This document shows positions 35,501 through 51,300 of a DNA stretch of 64,000 bases, piece after piece. The notes under the pieces were generated by a model. The model was not told where the DNA came from, did no database searches, and worked only from the letters and a program-made list of their open reading frames with translations. A program made the translations under genes and the position numbers. The stretch comes from Narcine bancroftii (taxonomy: Eukaryota), in contig NC_091472.1 in assembly GCF_036971445.1 (NCBI RefSeq), forward strand, positions 168,454,001 to 168,518,000, in the 5' to 3' direction. Position 1 is the first letter of the stretch. Every line of letters starts with the position of its first letter.

Positions 35501-38500
35501 CATTTGCTTACATTTAGCCCATATCCCTCTGAACCTTTCCTGTACGTGAACTCATCCAAATGTCCATTAAACATTCCAAGTATACCCATCTCTATCACTT
35601 CCTCTGCCAGCTCATTCTACATACCCAGACTCCCTGAAGGTAAAACCATCTGTTGTCGATTATTTCACTGTCCACCACACCAATGTTGCTGACATCTGCA
35701 GACCTATATTCTCAGCCAAATTAACAACATAAATCACAGGGGTCATCACACCAATTCCCGCAGCACATCACTGGTCGTAGGACTACAATCTTAAAAACCC
35801 TTTGACCAAGAGGGACATTGTCAAAGGTTCTGCTAAAGACCTGCAGGGAATGTCTACTGTCCTGCCCTCACAATCCTCTTGGTCACCTCTTCAAAAACAA
35901 CTTATTTTTATGAAACACGATTTCTCATGAAAAAGCCATGCTAATTCTCTCTACTCAGCCATTTATGCCAAAGGGGGAAGCAATTCAAGTTCTAGGATCC
36001 TGTGCTAGATTAGTACTGCCACAGGATCTGTGACACCATTGATTTCAATCGGGATTTGTCAGGAGAAATTTACATTTTCTTAGTTTAACAATTTTGCTTG
36101 TTTACTCAGCAAACAAATGCAAATAAGAGAACATGAACAATTCCCAGTTATCATCTTTTTATGAATGCTGCATGACCTGCTAAGTTTATCCAGCACTTGG
36201 GTACTGCAATTCCCAGTTAATATACCCACTGCAGATTGCCCTCGAAATATCATTACTTAATAATGTACTTCACTGTTAAATTATTAAGTAATTTCTGAAT
36301 GTCAGAAATCCAAAGACAATGTTGTAACCTTGACAGCTTAAAAGACTGGGGAGTGGCTGTTAATGATCTCAGAGGTGTTTTAGGAGTGGAATTTCTTCAG
36401 TGTACCTCTGGAGGTCCTGCCACACCTCAATGTTGATGGATTCCAGGATCTTTTGGGTAAGATGGATCTAAACCCATTAAGAACAGACAAGGGTAGATAG
36501 CAATGGCAAGAACATGTACCAGTAACTAATGCCTTCTGCCAATGCCAAATCAAAGACAACGAAACAACGTGAATTTTAAATTTTAGACATAGAGCACAGT
36601 AACAGGGCCCTTTAGCCCACGAGCCCATGCTGCCCAATCACACTCAATTGACCTAAAATCTCCTGTACATTTTTGAGGGTGGGAGGAAACTGTAGCCCCC
36701 GGGGAAAATGCACGCAGACACGGGGAGAACAGACAAACTCCTTGCGGACAGCATAGAATTTGAATCCCAGTCCCGATCACTGATACTGTAACAGCGTTAC
36801 GCTAAATCCTACGCTAACTGTGCCACCCAATCAGGAATTCTTTTTATTCCAAATTTTTAGCACTTGCAGTATTTCACTGTTTTCATAATCCATCAAGTAA
36901 AGTGCCATTATTTAGTATATAGTGGACAGAGATAATCACCGTAAGTGAAAAAATGCAAATGGAATGAAACAGGAATCAAATACTAAATTTTGTATTAAAA
37001 CATACCTATTGACAAACTGTTTATCAAGGCTTGGCCGATCCACTATCTGGTGGGTAATGGTTTCATCTGTAACAGTATAATTAGCACCTAAACAAAGTGA
37101 TTTCTCCCAAGATACTTTGCCACCAAAACACCTAAAAGCACAATTGATTAAAAAAAACAAATTAGTTTAAAATTACAGGAGAAATAGTTCCTTTGTCTCC
37201 CTGCCCTAGGATATTAAGTGGAAAGGTTGAGCAAGAGAGTGTGAACAAGTACAAACATGAGAATGGACCAGCAAACCTCGCCCATTTTACACAATGCAGG
37301 CTGTTGTCCACACACTCACATGGAGTGCAACTGGAAATATTGTAAAAGTACAGGTCAAATGTGAACAGATTATTGAAAAGGCACATTAAAGCCTGCAGAT
37401 ATCAACTTCAAGAGTTCAGTTTTTTTTTAACCATACAAATCAGGACACTTCAGTTGGGGCAGAGAGAAATTTAATGAAGGAAAATTTGTTTGTTGACACA
37501 TTTGTCCACCACTGGATAGGTCTCTTCAAAGGCAAAAGTAAGGATGAGCTCGGGCCCAAAGTTCATTTTGTCAAAAGGAAACTGAGCTGACCATATTTCA
37601 TTTGTGAACTTCAATGTGAAGCATCAGATGGATACATGGCACTTTTACTATACTACATCAAGCTGCCAACAGTCTAAGCACAGAGTGGTAGGAACGATAG
37701 GAGAGTAAACAGCTGATGAGAAATTAAAAATAACAATCCAAAAAGAAAACAAAAAGAGCATTAATACCTTATGACAAATGCCAGTGATTCACGTGGTACT
37801 TCCCGGTTCAGGAAAAACTTCAAGCCTTCAAACAATTTCTTCTGTTTATCTAATTCTTGTTGTTTCTTTTGCTGCTCTCCAATCAGTTCTGCATTTTCCT
37901 GCACAAGTTATTAAAGTTACTCCAGAGTATCTTATTTACTTGGCTACTAATAACCTCCTGAATAATCATCTTAAACTGTCTGCACAAGCTTAAACTAGAT
38001 ACACAAACACAGTTAGATGCTTTAGTAATGTTGTCCTTTAAGCATCAAATTGCTAATCCAGACATCATGTAGTGTAGGCAGAGAAATACCGATATGTCTT
38101 TCACTTAAATTCTAAAAACAAAATTATAGTAACAGGCTGTTCTGGCCCAGGAGCCCACAGCTCCCAAAAATACCTACTAACCCTGTAGGTTTTTAGAACA
38201 AGGAAGGAAACCAGAGTACCCACAGGAAACACACACAGTCATGGGGAGAACACACAAACTCTTTACAGTGGTGGATTTGAATCTGCGTTGCTGGCGCTAT
38301 AATTTCTTTTTCTTTGGCTTGGCTTCGCGGACGAAGATTTATGGAGGGGTAATGTCCACGTCAGCTGCAGGCTCGTTTGTGGCTGACAAGTCCGATGTGC
38401 TAACTGCTACCCTAACCTTGCCACCTTGGTATAAACCATCAACCACTGCCAAACTAATTCTGAACACCCATGAAAACAAAACAAAGGCAAAATGCTCATT

Positions 38501-41500
38501 CAGAAAGATGATTCACCCAGAATGTCAAACCGGTTTCTTTCCATTGCCCCTGCATAGTCCGCTAAGTACTTACAGCATTTTCTGTTTTAATTCTGAACAC
38601 ATCAATTTATCTCCCAAAACTCAACACATTAAATCGGCAGCAAAGCACGATATTCTCTTTAGGGTCAGATTACTTACACATTGATGGTATTACCATCAAA
38701 AGTCAAATTAAGGGAATGTTTCTAAACACACTCTGATTCAATACCAAAAAGTATATAACTTTGTCTTAGGGAAAAATCTAGTTGGTTTTGTTAATAGTTC
38801 AGAATGTTACCAAAGATCACAAACTAAAATGAAAATGGCAACCCACAAATTTCAAAATTAAGCATGATATTCATGAAGCTTTACTATCTTTAATTAAATT
38901 CAAGATTCACGGAATTTCATAGAATCTATGGCAGGTTAAACATAACTTCAATTTGATGGATTTCTGTGTTCATTGAAATTAAATGCATTTCTTTTGCTGA
39001 AAATATTCTTTTATTTCTGTACAGTGGAGAACTTTGTTAAGGACATCTGATAATTTTTGAGAAATACTGCATCTTAACGATATTCCAAGTCACTGACACA
39101 ACTGTAACTATTAGCTCTACTGATGCAAATATATCATCTATTTTAACAGACATAATTGTCTGTGTTACAACGAGAGAAGTGACGAACATTTCCCTCGCCA
39201 ACCATTGAGATGTTCTGCTTGAAACGTTATCCAATTTCTTTTATTCCTTTAAAAAAAGCAGTGAAAACAAAAATCTTGACAACTTAAGTTAAAACAAGAT
39301 CTTCTTACTGTAAAAGTCATGCATAATAATGGGGAGCAATTCAATGGAGAACTTACCCCTTCCACGGGGAATTCATCGAGCACATCATCCTCCTCATTTG
39401 AAGACACCACACGAGTTAAACTGGCACTCAAGGCAGCTAGTTTCTACAAAGATGATAAAATGTAAGTCAGCACTAAATAAATCCACAAAAAAAAACATTA
39501 ATTATGTTGTCTCCTGACCTCCATGTAGCATTCAGAATCCATTGCATACATCTCTTCATCATCTTGCTTCAGCTCTTTTTCCTCTGGCATGTTTTCTAGC
39601 TGAAAACAAACCTTCAATTCAGTTAATGATGCTACGCATATAAAATACAGGTGTACAATTACCTCGATCTTGAATGATAATTTTCAATCCTCAATGGATC
39701 AAACAACATGCATTAAAAATTATGCAAAATACTATCATGCACTATGAATCAATATCTAGGATTGAAATCAACACTTGTGTGAAAACAGACTAGCTGGAGA
39801 ATGGTTCAATAAGGACACAACAATATTGTTTGGTATCTCAGCCTTCTGGATATTTCCCAACTGTTGAACATTAATGTAAAGTTTCATTTCAATTCTTTAA
39901 CTTATTTTCATCATCTTAGAAATGGAACTAACTTCACAAAACCAATGTACATTTTAATAACCAGATTGGATTTAGATGCATTCTCCTTTGCTTCCTTGAC
40001 CCGTTTAATCTGATGTTCAATGTGACTACAACTTTAATCAAACTGAATGTTCTTTGGATTTAAAAACAAGCTCAAACTTCTTACTTCAGGCTGTCCATAA
40101 ACGATTAATAATCTTGGAAAGACAGACAGAATAAGCATTAAGATAGCCTTGAGTATTTTGCATCAAATGGTTTTTGCCAGCATGCAATTTTTATATGCCA
40201 ATACAGAAATCATATTAGTTAAGAGGTTTTGGCATTGGCATTTGTTCAAATAACTATAAATAATTTCATGAGCTTGGACTTGCACATCTCAAAAATGCAA
40301 GTGAAGCCATGATTATTTTGCCTAAGGAGGGGAATATCAGTTCAACAACAGAAATCTAAGGGGGTTTGAAGAAATGCATAACGTTCCAACAGAATAGCTT
40401 TTATAAAAGCTATCCATTGTTCAACACCAAGTAATGGGCTTTCACTATATCGAATCAGCTGTCTGTTCCTGAAGTGTGCAGCATTTTGCTGCATAAAGTT
40501 CACATGCAGCAGATTATAAATCTTTGTTCAGCATTTGGGAATTCTGGCAAAAAAGCAAGCAATTTTCCATGAGAAGCATCCCTTAGATATTTGTTCATTC
40601 ATTCGTCTACCAGCAGCCAATTTACAAACCTTGGTGGATGATTATGTGGTGACAACTTTCACTAAATTTGGAACAAGTAATGAATTTTAGAATTCAAAGA
40701 AGATAATTTTAGAAAAATTGTTTTCAAAGAGAAGTCCAACAAGTGCTTTTCAATCGAGGATTTACTCCAATTCTAAAATTTAACAGCATATTTAAGCTGT
40801 GAAATGTCAAGGTAACAATTTATTCTTTGCGATATTTATTTTTTATTATTTTATTAATTCATAGAGGTCTTTATCATTATCAATTCCAAACTACTTCGAC
40901 AGGTTAAATGTACTTTCTTGGTGATTCACAATTATGGAAAATTTAAAATGGCATAGAGCTCTCCACAATTCATTGTCCTAAACTTACCTCATTATACAAG
41001 GCGTACAAGAGAGACAGATTATTTATACAAAATATTTAATAAATAGCACAAACTGAAGTTTCAAATAATCTCTATGATACGTTTAGCAACATTCAAGGAA
41101 AATCTTATCTACCTTTGGAGGATAAAGAAGATTGAGATTCTGGTAGAGTCTAAAATTGACAAAGCCAAGAAGTGTTGTAAAAAACTCTGTGAAAGTAGCC
41201 ATCACTCTGTAGTCCACATCTGTTGGATGCTGGAAGCAGAATATTGAATTAAGCATCTTAATCAAGGCACCTGAACAAACCATTTCCAGTGTGAAATGCT
41301 TTATAATTTTTCATTTTAAAACTGGACGCGACCAAGTATCCATGTTCAGAACAATCTTTTCATTTCATCTGCAACAATTCCTCATGAAAAAGGATTTACT
41401 TTAAGACTTGGTGAATTTAATGAAACAAGGATGATCAACTTTAGATGCAACACAAACCAAAGCATAGTGTATTCAACTTCCCAAAATGACCACTTAAGAT

Positions 41501-42365
41501 ATGAATAGTAATCAAAATATGTACAGCAGCTGGAAGCCCTTTCTACAAGGGCAACAGGTAGTCTTTTCATGAAATTGCAACTCACACAAGTTAAAGATTA
41601 ACCCAAGTGCTAATCACGAGGCAGAATTAGGTTTAATTATTTGCTTGGATACTCACTGCTTCGGAACAATTTCTCAGTCATCCATATTTTTTAATTCAGT
41701 TTGCACAAGTTAAAGTCTCATAAATGTTACCAAATAAAAGAACAAGATATGAAAATATATTTTGCTGTAAATAAAAGACAATGTAAACATATTAAAGTAC
41801 AAGAAGTAAAAGGGCTTGCAGCCTTTTCAAAGATATTAATGTACCACAATCTTCAAATGAAGCTGTACAAATATTGGAAATGAACAGATTTTGTTCTTAT
41901 CCATGCTTGTAAGTTGAAAATACACAACAATCACTCAATGTGGTAACCATACTGCCACGGTATGGTAATTAATGTCATCAAGAGTCAAGAGCAAATATGG
42001 GAGCCATACATGAAACACAATAGAGAAATCCTACCATGGACTTCCACCACCTAAAATGACAGAAGGAGAAGATAACGAAAAGAACTGACTCAGTAAAATT
42101 TCTTGTTTATTTTTATTAAGTGACAACATTGTTTAACGGGTTTAATGTATCATATAGATTGAACTTCAAATAAATGGGGAAGGGGGTGAGGGAGGGAGGG
42201 AAAGGAGGGGGAAAACGGGGGAGAAAACGACACTGTATATATTCAAGAAGAAAAATGTCTGTATGTATCTTGGTCAATATGGTTTATAGTGTGAAAAATA
42301 AAAAAATTTAAAAAAGGGTCAAGAGCATATGACTGATAAGAAAGACCAATTACAAGGGGGGGGGA

Positions 42366-42397
<32 letters not shown>

Positions 42398-45300
42398 AGT
42401 TTTGCTATTTGTCAAGTATGAACTTATAATCTCGTAATATTACAAGAGCTTATTGGTATTTAAGGGTTTCCATAAGACAGTTGTTCATAACCCAGGATGT
42501 CCTGCAGTGGCAGATAAGCAGCGAGATAACACACTGCACCCCAATGCCTTATCTACCAAACTGATCAAATATGATTTTGCAGTTTTTCATAATATGCACT
42601 TCAAAATAGATTAATGGAAGGTAAAACTTTTAAACAACAGCCTTTATCCTCTGATTTTTCCAAAGGCAACAAACATTTGGTATCTACTTAAAACACAGAA
42701 TAGCTCACTTTCAAACTGCCAAAATTAATGATGTTGACTTTTTAAACTGCAGATCTTTTTCTCTTGTTTTCATTCAATGATGCAAAAAAAAGGTCAGATT
42801 AGATGCATTGTGCCTGATGTGCTCAGCAGTGCTCCTTCATGGTTTGGGAGATGTTGCTTCATGGAAAGGAAAAGCATTCCAGCTCTTCAGTCATCAACCT
42901 GGAGGCAGTATCAGCTTTACAAAGGAAAATTCTTTGTCAAAACACCAGCATTTTAATTGAGCAGCAAATTTTGCTCAGTTCAATGTTGGACATTCAATTG
43001 GTAGGATATGCAATAAAAAGGCAAATGTGTAACAATGCAAACTTTGAAATAAATGTATATATTTTCCATTTCTGTAAGACACTAATCATTCATGGTCTTT
43101 GGTTTGATAGAGGGGAATTAAAATCAACATCACGAGCCAGACTGACAGAACAAGAGCACTCATCCTTAGAACAGCACTGCCACCAAGATTAAGAAATATC
43201 ACATGATTCACATATGGGGCTATTTGAACAACGAATAGAAGGAATTACAAAGATCTTTGTTCATTTACTACCAGGACATAATGGGAGCTTTATTGCTAGA
43301 TGCCAGCTGCAGTGTCCCAAACCAATGTTACAAGGGATGCTTTTCAGCAACATGAAGGCTTTTAAAATATTAAAACACCCACAACATTGCAGTTGCTTAA
43401 ACAAATGGCAAGTAGTGATCTGAGGCCAGTAACTGCAACACTGAAGAATGCACAAAAGAATTTCATTTACAAATAGCTTGGGCAAAAAAAATGCAGTAAA
43501 GTTATAAATTGGCCATGAAACTACTGCTGTGGTTTCTGGTTTAAATGCAAAATTCCTGTCACAACACAAGTTATCGAGAGACTTAAAACACGTACAGCAA
43601 AAAACACTGGTATCCAGCACCTATGGGGATTGGTAGGTGCTGGAAAGTGAATTTTCCAGTTGCGTGATTGGCAAACTAACAGCAAGGCATGCTAATTTTA
43701 AACTTGCGTACTTTTTTAAAACCTATTTATTTTCTGCAATATTTTTTTGCCAGTTGCTTGAATTCTGGATAACAAAGTCTTACTCTATCAATTTCTAACA
43801 ATCTTTTTGGAAAAGAAAAATTCCTAAAATGTTTCCAAACAGTGCTAGAACAGTGTATAACTTCACATTTTAAAGGCAACCAAGAAGAAATCAAGCAGAT
43901 TGCCAACAAAACGTAATTATTTGCCATCAATGGCAAATATCCATGTAAAATTGATGAGATTTGAGGCAGCTGTTTAGATCAATGAAGAAAACCCTTATGA
44001 ATTCCCACAATAAACTTGCAGGAAGGCTGTAATCTCCACTGATTATGACAAACTCTCGAGCAAGCACAATTCGAGCAAGTATATCAGCCCTAGATCTAGG
44101 TGAACTCATGTCAATACAAATTGCAAATATACAGTGGCTTACTACCACTGTAAAAGATAAGTTTACAACTAAAGGTCAGATTGTTTATTCTTGCACACCT
44201 TTTTTAAAAAAAAATGCTGCAGTTATTTTTTTTGCCAGCTTGTCTGAGTAGCAAAAAACTATGCTGAATGAGTTAAGAGCAGATTTCTTCAAGTTTTACA
44301 CCATTCTATTTTTTTCTTCAGACTTGTTGAACCAATCTGGTTATCAGAATTAGAATTTTGTCATGAAATTCGGGGTTTTGCAGCAACATTATGACCATCT
44401 TACATTACTATAAGTTTAAAAAAAAAAAAAAATAATAGAGCATGAAAAGTGAGGCAGTATCTTTGGTACATTAATTATTCAGGAATCTGATGGCAGCAAG
44501 GAAGAAGCGGTCCTCGTATCATTGAGTGCTCGGGGACCTCGGGCTCCTGTCCCATTTTTCCGATGGTAGCAGAATGAAGAGGGCATGGCCTGGGTGGTGA
44601 GGGTTCTTGAGGCTGCTTTTTTAAGACACCGCCTCATGTCGATGTCCTCGATGGAGTGAAGTCTGGTGCCTATGATGTTGCAGCCAGTTAACAACCTTCT
44701 GGAGTTTATTCTTGTCCTGAGAGTTGGCACCTCTGTACCATACAGTGATGCAAACAGCCAGAATGGTCTCCACAGTACACTTATAGAGGTTTACAAGTCT
44801 TCAGTGACATACCAAATCTCCTCAGACACCTCACAAAGTATAGCTTCTGGCTATACCTCCATCAACATGGAGGCTTCAGGACAGATCCACGGAGATGTTG
44901 ACATCCAGGAATTTGAAATTCTTGACCCTCTCCACTACTGAGCCCTCGATGAGGACTGGGTCGTGTTCCCCTGACTTCCTTCTGAAGTCCACAATCATTT
45001 CCTTGGTTTTGTTAACATTGAGCATAAGATTGTTGCCATAAACCATTCAACAAGCTATTTATATGAGAAGTTTTTAAAACCCGAAAAATGATAAAATTAC
45101 AAAGATTTTGTAATAAAACTTAAAGAAAATTGTTCCCTTTATTTGCAGTATTTGCAAAAGTATCTGCCACCTGAAATACTTTTGAACTGCTTTAAAAAAA
45201 GCTGCAGGAAATGGAGCCGAGTAGATAGACTGAATGAATTGTGACCTCTGGCAGGACGATGTGATGTCTCTCTGAAAATTGCTATGATAGGTTTGGAAAA

Positions 45301-48300
45301 AGTTTTTAAAAGATGGATATGTGGCATGTTGCAGTACGTTTTTCCATTTTCTATCTATATTTGAAGAAGTCCCTTAGCCAACTAAGTGTATGCCAATTCT
45401 CAGAACATTCCCATCATTTCCATTATGCAATTACAGTATGTTTCCAATTATCTGAAAATCCGTTAACCAAAAATCTCAGTTATCCAAACTTTTTTCCAGC
45501 AGCAACAGGTTACAAGTTGAACAAAATATTTCACATGATGTCCTCATGTGGGGCTCTGACGCGTTGTAGGCACCAGTTTGGTGAAGACAGACACCGAAAA
45601 GCTGGATGCTGGCTCAAAGAAGCAGGCTGGAATCTCAAGCCGTCAGTGAGCGACTGGAGGAAGCCAACAGGTCAGGCAGCGCATGGGGAGACTGTCCTCG
45701 TTTCAGCTAACTAACTCCCTTCTCTCTTTCTACTTCTTCTTTACCCTCCACAATACTTGGTTCTCTGCTGTCCAGGTATCAAGGAAAGTGGCCACCTGGG
45801 CAGGAGCGGGGACCTTGGGGCAGGATTGGCAATGGTGAAAGGAGAGGAGACCTCAGGCTCCTGGGCAGGAGTGGCGATGGTCATGGAGAGGTGTCGGGGA
45901 TCGGCGACGGATGATACAAAAATTCTACTGATGCTATTGGGCTGCTTAAAGCCATTATTCAGTTATTTGAAAAATCCAGTTAACCGTAAAACATCCGGTC
46001 CCAAGCTTTTCCGATATCCGGAAACGTAATGAACTGGAAATAAAAAAGAATTGCATTAACTTGAACTACAAAGACAACCTGCTTTCATCATAACATCATT
46101 TCTTTATAAGAAGAACATTTTGGAGAAATGTTTCCCAAGCTGTTGGAAAATCATTGCAACATTTCAGATTTGAGTCAGGGTACTCAACACAATGTTGAAT
46201 TTGTTGCCAAACATAAACCATGATTATTACATTACAAGCATTCAATACTAACACTACTTGCCTGAAACACATTATATTTCCTCAGTAACAGATGCTGGAA
46301 ATTGGAATAAAACAGAAAATGTTGGAGGTTCAGCACTCAGGACATGTGGTTAATGGTTCAAGAAGTTGACTTAGATCGAATGAGATCAGGAAACGAAGAG
46401 AAAAAGCACTCCCTCTGTTACTTTCTCACTTTTCTGGTTTTTGGGGAAAAGTCATAGACTTGAAACATTAACCTTGTTAGCCCTTTCGAGATGCAGCTTG
46501 ATCTTCTGGGCATCTTCAGCAGTTTCTGTTTTTACTCCTCATTTCTGCATATTGATGAGCTTGAACAGCTCCTGAATAACAACACTACAAATTGCCTTCA
46601 TGCTGACTTAATACTTACATCATGTGCAAATGTGTACGGTACAATCCAGGTTATTAGTTGTCCGAGAATTTCTGCCTGGTAATAAATTCCTTTGATAGAC
46701 AGGAACACCTAACGTACAAAAAAAAAGACAATGCGAATTCATAAAAGCAAATCTTGCATCTGTAAAAAGTGCAAAGGAGGAGATAATTAACAATGAATTT
46801 TATTTGTCATTCGCACTTCAAGTCATAGATCCATCTGGCTCTGCTAATTACTTCCAACAGCATATTACATGCCCTCCAAATGTAAAACAAAATTGAAGTA
46901 CCTTTCATGTTCAGCTTGCACAAAATAGAATTGCTGTGAATCCTAGTCTAACCCAGTTAATGGAGCAAAAAAACTCCAAATACTGGAGAGCTGTAACTGA
47001 TCTGGGCAGCATCTGTTTCTTCTGTCCACAAATGTTGCCTGACTTGTCAGAAGTGATTTTGGCTTTTTCTGCATCTAAGGCCACGATAACACTTAAATAT
47101 TTTCTTTTTTGTGCCAAATGTATAATACTAAATAGTCTAGCCACATTATCTGCTGATTGTCTCTTTTTGACAAAACCTGTCTGGTCCATATTTAATAATT
47201 TTGGTAGACATTCTTTGGCTGACTAAAAAGCACAAGTCTACACAACCAACCCCTCCGATATTGACCCCATGTCACACCCTAGTGCTCTTAGCACATCATT
47301 CCCTAGAAGCAGCCAGTGCCCCAAGATAAGCAAGCAGCCTGTAGACACCTCATCTTGGTGTTATTACTGCAGGCTTTGGGAAGTAAATGCCCGCAAGTGC
47401 CTTCCACCCTGCCCATTTGCGGGCAAGGCCCAGATCAACTGCCAGTAAGGGATGCAGCGGTTGGCAGAAACCTGCAAGCCTATTGTATGCATGGGACCAG
47501 TTCTCCCAAGGAAAATTTCTGGTGGACACGGGTTCAGAAGTTAGTGTATTTCCACCCACTGGTTTTGACACATTCCATCCTTCACTGGACCTGCAACTAC
47601 AAGCAGTTAACAGTTCCAACATTCCAACCTTTGGCACCAGAAAGATGAATGTCAAGTTCAAGAATCATCTCTACACCTTCGCTTGGTGCAAATTTTCTTC
47701 AGGATCATTCATTCCTCATTGACTTTTAAGGGCGTCAGCTAATAGATGGAACTACTTTTCAGACTATTCCTCTGGCAGACGCCTATAACCCTGCTCTGTG
47801 CCTTCAAGCATTAAATACACCAGTAGATTAATTCTCCAAGCTGTTGGAAGATTTCTGAGATTACTACTCTACACTTTTATGCCTCCACTGCAAAGCACGG
47901 TGTTACTCATCGCATTTGTACTAAGGGGCCTCCTATCCGCTTGACAGCAGAGAAGCTACACTTAGCTAAGGAAGAGTTTGCCAAGATGGAGGAACTAGGC
48001 ATAATTCGTAGTCCAACAGTTCCTGGTCATCTCCATTACACATGGTCCCGAAACACAATGGAGGTTGGTGACCTTGTGGAGATTACAGGTGGCTTAACAA
48101 TGCTATCATCCCAGATCATTATCCGGTACCTCAAATTCATGATTTCTCAGCTAATTTGCATGGAGTGAAGACCTTCTCCAAAATAGATGGTGCCTGGCTA
48201 TCACCAAGTACCAGTAGAGCCAGAAGACATTCCAAAAACAGCAATAATTACCATGTTTGGGTTGTTCTAATTTTTTACGAATTCCATTCGGATTAAAGAA

Positions 48301-51300
48301 TGCAAGCTCAGTCACTTCAATGGTGATGGATGCTTTATGATGTGGCATGTTTTCATTTACCTCGATGACACTTTAGCGGCCAGTGGGACTAAGGAAGAAC
48401 ATGGAACATCTTCGTACATTACATTTTTTATTTATCTTCAAAAGTTTGGACTGACCATCAATCTGGATAAATGCGTTTTTGAACAATAAATTATTGATTT
48501 CTTGGAGCATAGGATAACTCAGGATGGCACGACTCCGCTGCCATCCTAAGTTGAGGCCATTACCAAGTTCTCAAGACCTGCTACGGTTAAAAGCCTGCAG
48601 AAATTCCTAGAAATGGTAAATTTTTACTGTCAGTTTCTTCTGGGACCTGCTCTCATTATGAAGCCTCTTTTCGATTTACTGTCCGGAAACGCCAGAACTA
48701 TCCATTGAACTGAAGAGGGAAACAATGTCTTCTTGAAGACGAAAGATTTGCTGACTCATGTCACTATGCTCAGCTACTCAGTTTTAAATGCAGCCACCAC
48801 CCTTTCTACAGACACTTCCATTATGGCTGTAGGAGGTGCACTTCATCAATATGTCAATGGGCAGAGGAAACCGTTAGCGTTCTTCAGCTGCCATCTTTGT
48901 GAAGCAGAGAAGAAATACAGTGCTTTTGATAAGGAGCTTTTGGCCATTTACTTGTCTATTTGACACTTCTGTTATTTTTTGGAGGGCAGAGATTTTACTA
49001 TGTACACCAACTACAAACCCTTAACATTTGCATTTTCCAAAGTCTCAGAGCCATGGTCAGTGTGACAACGGCAATTATCATTCATTTCAGAATTCTCCAC
49101 AAAAATACAAAATTTCCAGAAAAGACAATGTAGTAGCTGATGCACTTTCCCACTCTGTTCCACTTGAGGTTTCATCGGTAAATCAAGGTATTGACTACAC
49201 AGCTTTGGTCGCAGCCCAAGAATGTGATTATGAGATGAATGCTTATTGGACTGCAATCATGAACCTGAAATTGAAAGATGTCCAGTTTGGAGATAATGGC
49301 AAACTACTCTGTGATATATCAACGGGACACCCACACCCAGTAGTTCTGGTATCATGGAAATGTCGAGTATTCAACTCTTGTGCATGGTCTCTCACACCCA
49401 TTGATTAGATTGACCGTTCATATGGTTTCCGACAGGTTCACAGTCTTAAAAAAGATGTACACAAATAGCGAGGTCCTGCATTGCCTGCCAAAACGCAAAA
49501 GTTCAGCGACATACTAAGGCACCACTGCAGTCCTTCCTGGCAGTTACTCAGGGTTTTGCTCATGTCCACGTGGACATCGTTGGTCTGCTTTCTGTTTCAA
49601 GGGGATACAGTTATCTTATTGTATTAATAGGTTTACATGGTGGCACGAGGATGTTGCTACTTGTGCTCGGGAATTTCTCAGTTCCTGGGTGTCCCGATTT
49701 GGTTTAATAGTGCATGTTACTTCGGATAGACGACCACAATTTACTTCCTCACTGTGGATGGCTCTGTCCCGCTTGCTCAGTGCAACAATTCATCATATGA
49801 ATGCCTTCATCCCCAGGCCAATAGAATGGTAGAAAGATTTCATCGACATCTCAAGTCAGCTTTGATTGCTCGGTTAGAGGGCCAAACTGGGCTGATAAGC
49901 TGCCCTGGGTATTACTGGGCAATAGAACAACTCCAAAGGAGGACTTCCCAGCTTCATCTGCAGAGCTTGTGCACAGCACACCTTTGATGGTTCCAGGGAG
50001 TTCATCCCCTACTATTCAAACTCGTGATGATCCTAAGGAACTGTTGAGCAGGCTAAGGGAGACTGTAGGAAAATTGATCCCTATACCACCATCGTCACAT
50101 GGAGAACACTCTTCTTTTGTTCCTGAAGACCTCAAAAATTGTGAATATGTCTTCTTCCGAAGGGACACATTTGGCCAACCTTTACAGATGCCCTATGAAG
50201 GACCTTTATAGGATACTCAGACAAGCTAGGTCGACCTGCATTTTGGACATTGGAGGGAAGCCACAGTCTTTCCCTATTGACAGGCTTAAACTAGCTCATG
50301 GGGTGGGGGGAGGGGCGCAAAACGTGTAGCTGTGCTATGGCAGCACTACAACTCTCAGATGGCATTAAACCTGCTATGTGTCAGTGCGTGATGACGCCAG
50401 CGCGTGTTGAGCATGTAATTCTGGCATTTAAGAGGTTGCGTGGGTGATGAAGAGTCAATCTGTTTGATTCACTCTCGAAATGCTTTGCGTAGTTATTTTG
50501 CTGTGTCCAGTGCGATACCAGTGGCCACAACTTTACCTAACAACACATTCTTCTGCTATCTCCAATTGCAATTTTTTTTTGAGGGAAAAATGGGGACCAT
50601 TAAAAGTCCCACCAATGTACTCAGACATGGAAATTCTAATTCAAAAGAGGAATGTAACCAAATTTATCTCCAATATGTATGCTCTGATCCAAGATCAAAG
50701 CCCAAAATCTGGACTACATGGATTGATCGAGAGATTGGGATTAGATTTGGGCATTGTAATTGATCTACAATGCTGGTCAGGTCAATGTGTAGTTAGTATG
50801 ACAACTTTAATTAATTCTAGATTATAGACTGATTCATTGCATTTTCTGCACCAATTATATCTCACACCTCAAAAGATACGTAAAAATAAACCAAAATTTT
50901 TTGATAGATGTTTTAGGTGTGGTATAGATAGATGTTGGTACTTTTTTTTTACATCTGACTATGCACAAAATTAAGACTCTTTTGGATAGAATTGGGGGAA
51001 GTGTTGACAAAAATTGTGGGGATGAACTTCCCTCTAGACCCAGAAATGTTTCTTCTGGGGAAAGTTATAAAAGTTAACTTCTCCAGAAGTAAATCTAAAT
51101 TTATTAAAATTGCATTGTCAATAGCCAGGAAATATATAGCGGTAACATGGAAATCAGATTCCCTACTTCACATTGGTCAATGGAACATGGAAGTGTAAAG
51201 TTGTATTCTCCTTGAGAAGATTACTTATAGTCTTAGGAATAGATATTGTATGTCCGTCGAAATTTGGCAACCTTATTTATATTACTTTAATGCCCAGATT

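Noticed and set aside
39836-39915. C and D box-like motifs on the minus strand in a pes1 intron
   Set aside because: No convincing terminal stem or rRNA complementarity by eye; a snoRNA scan and conservation check would be needed.
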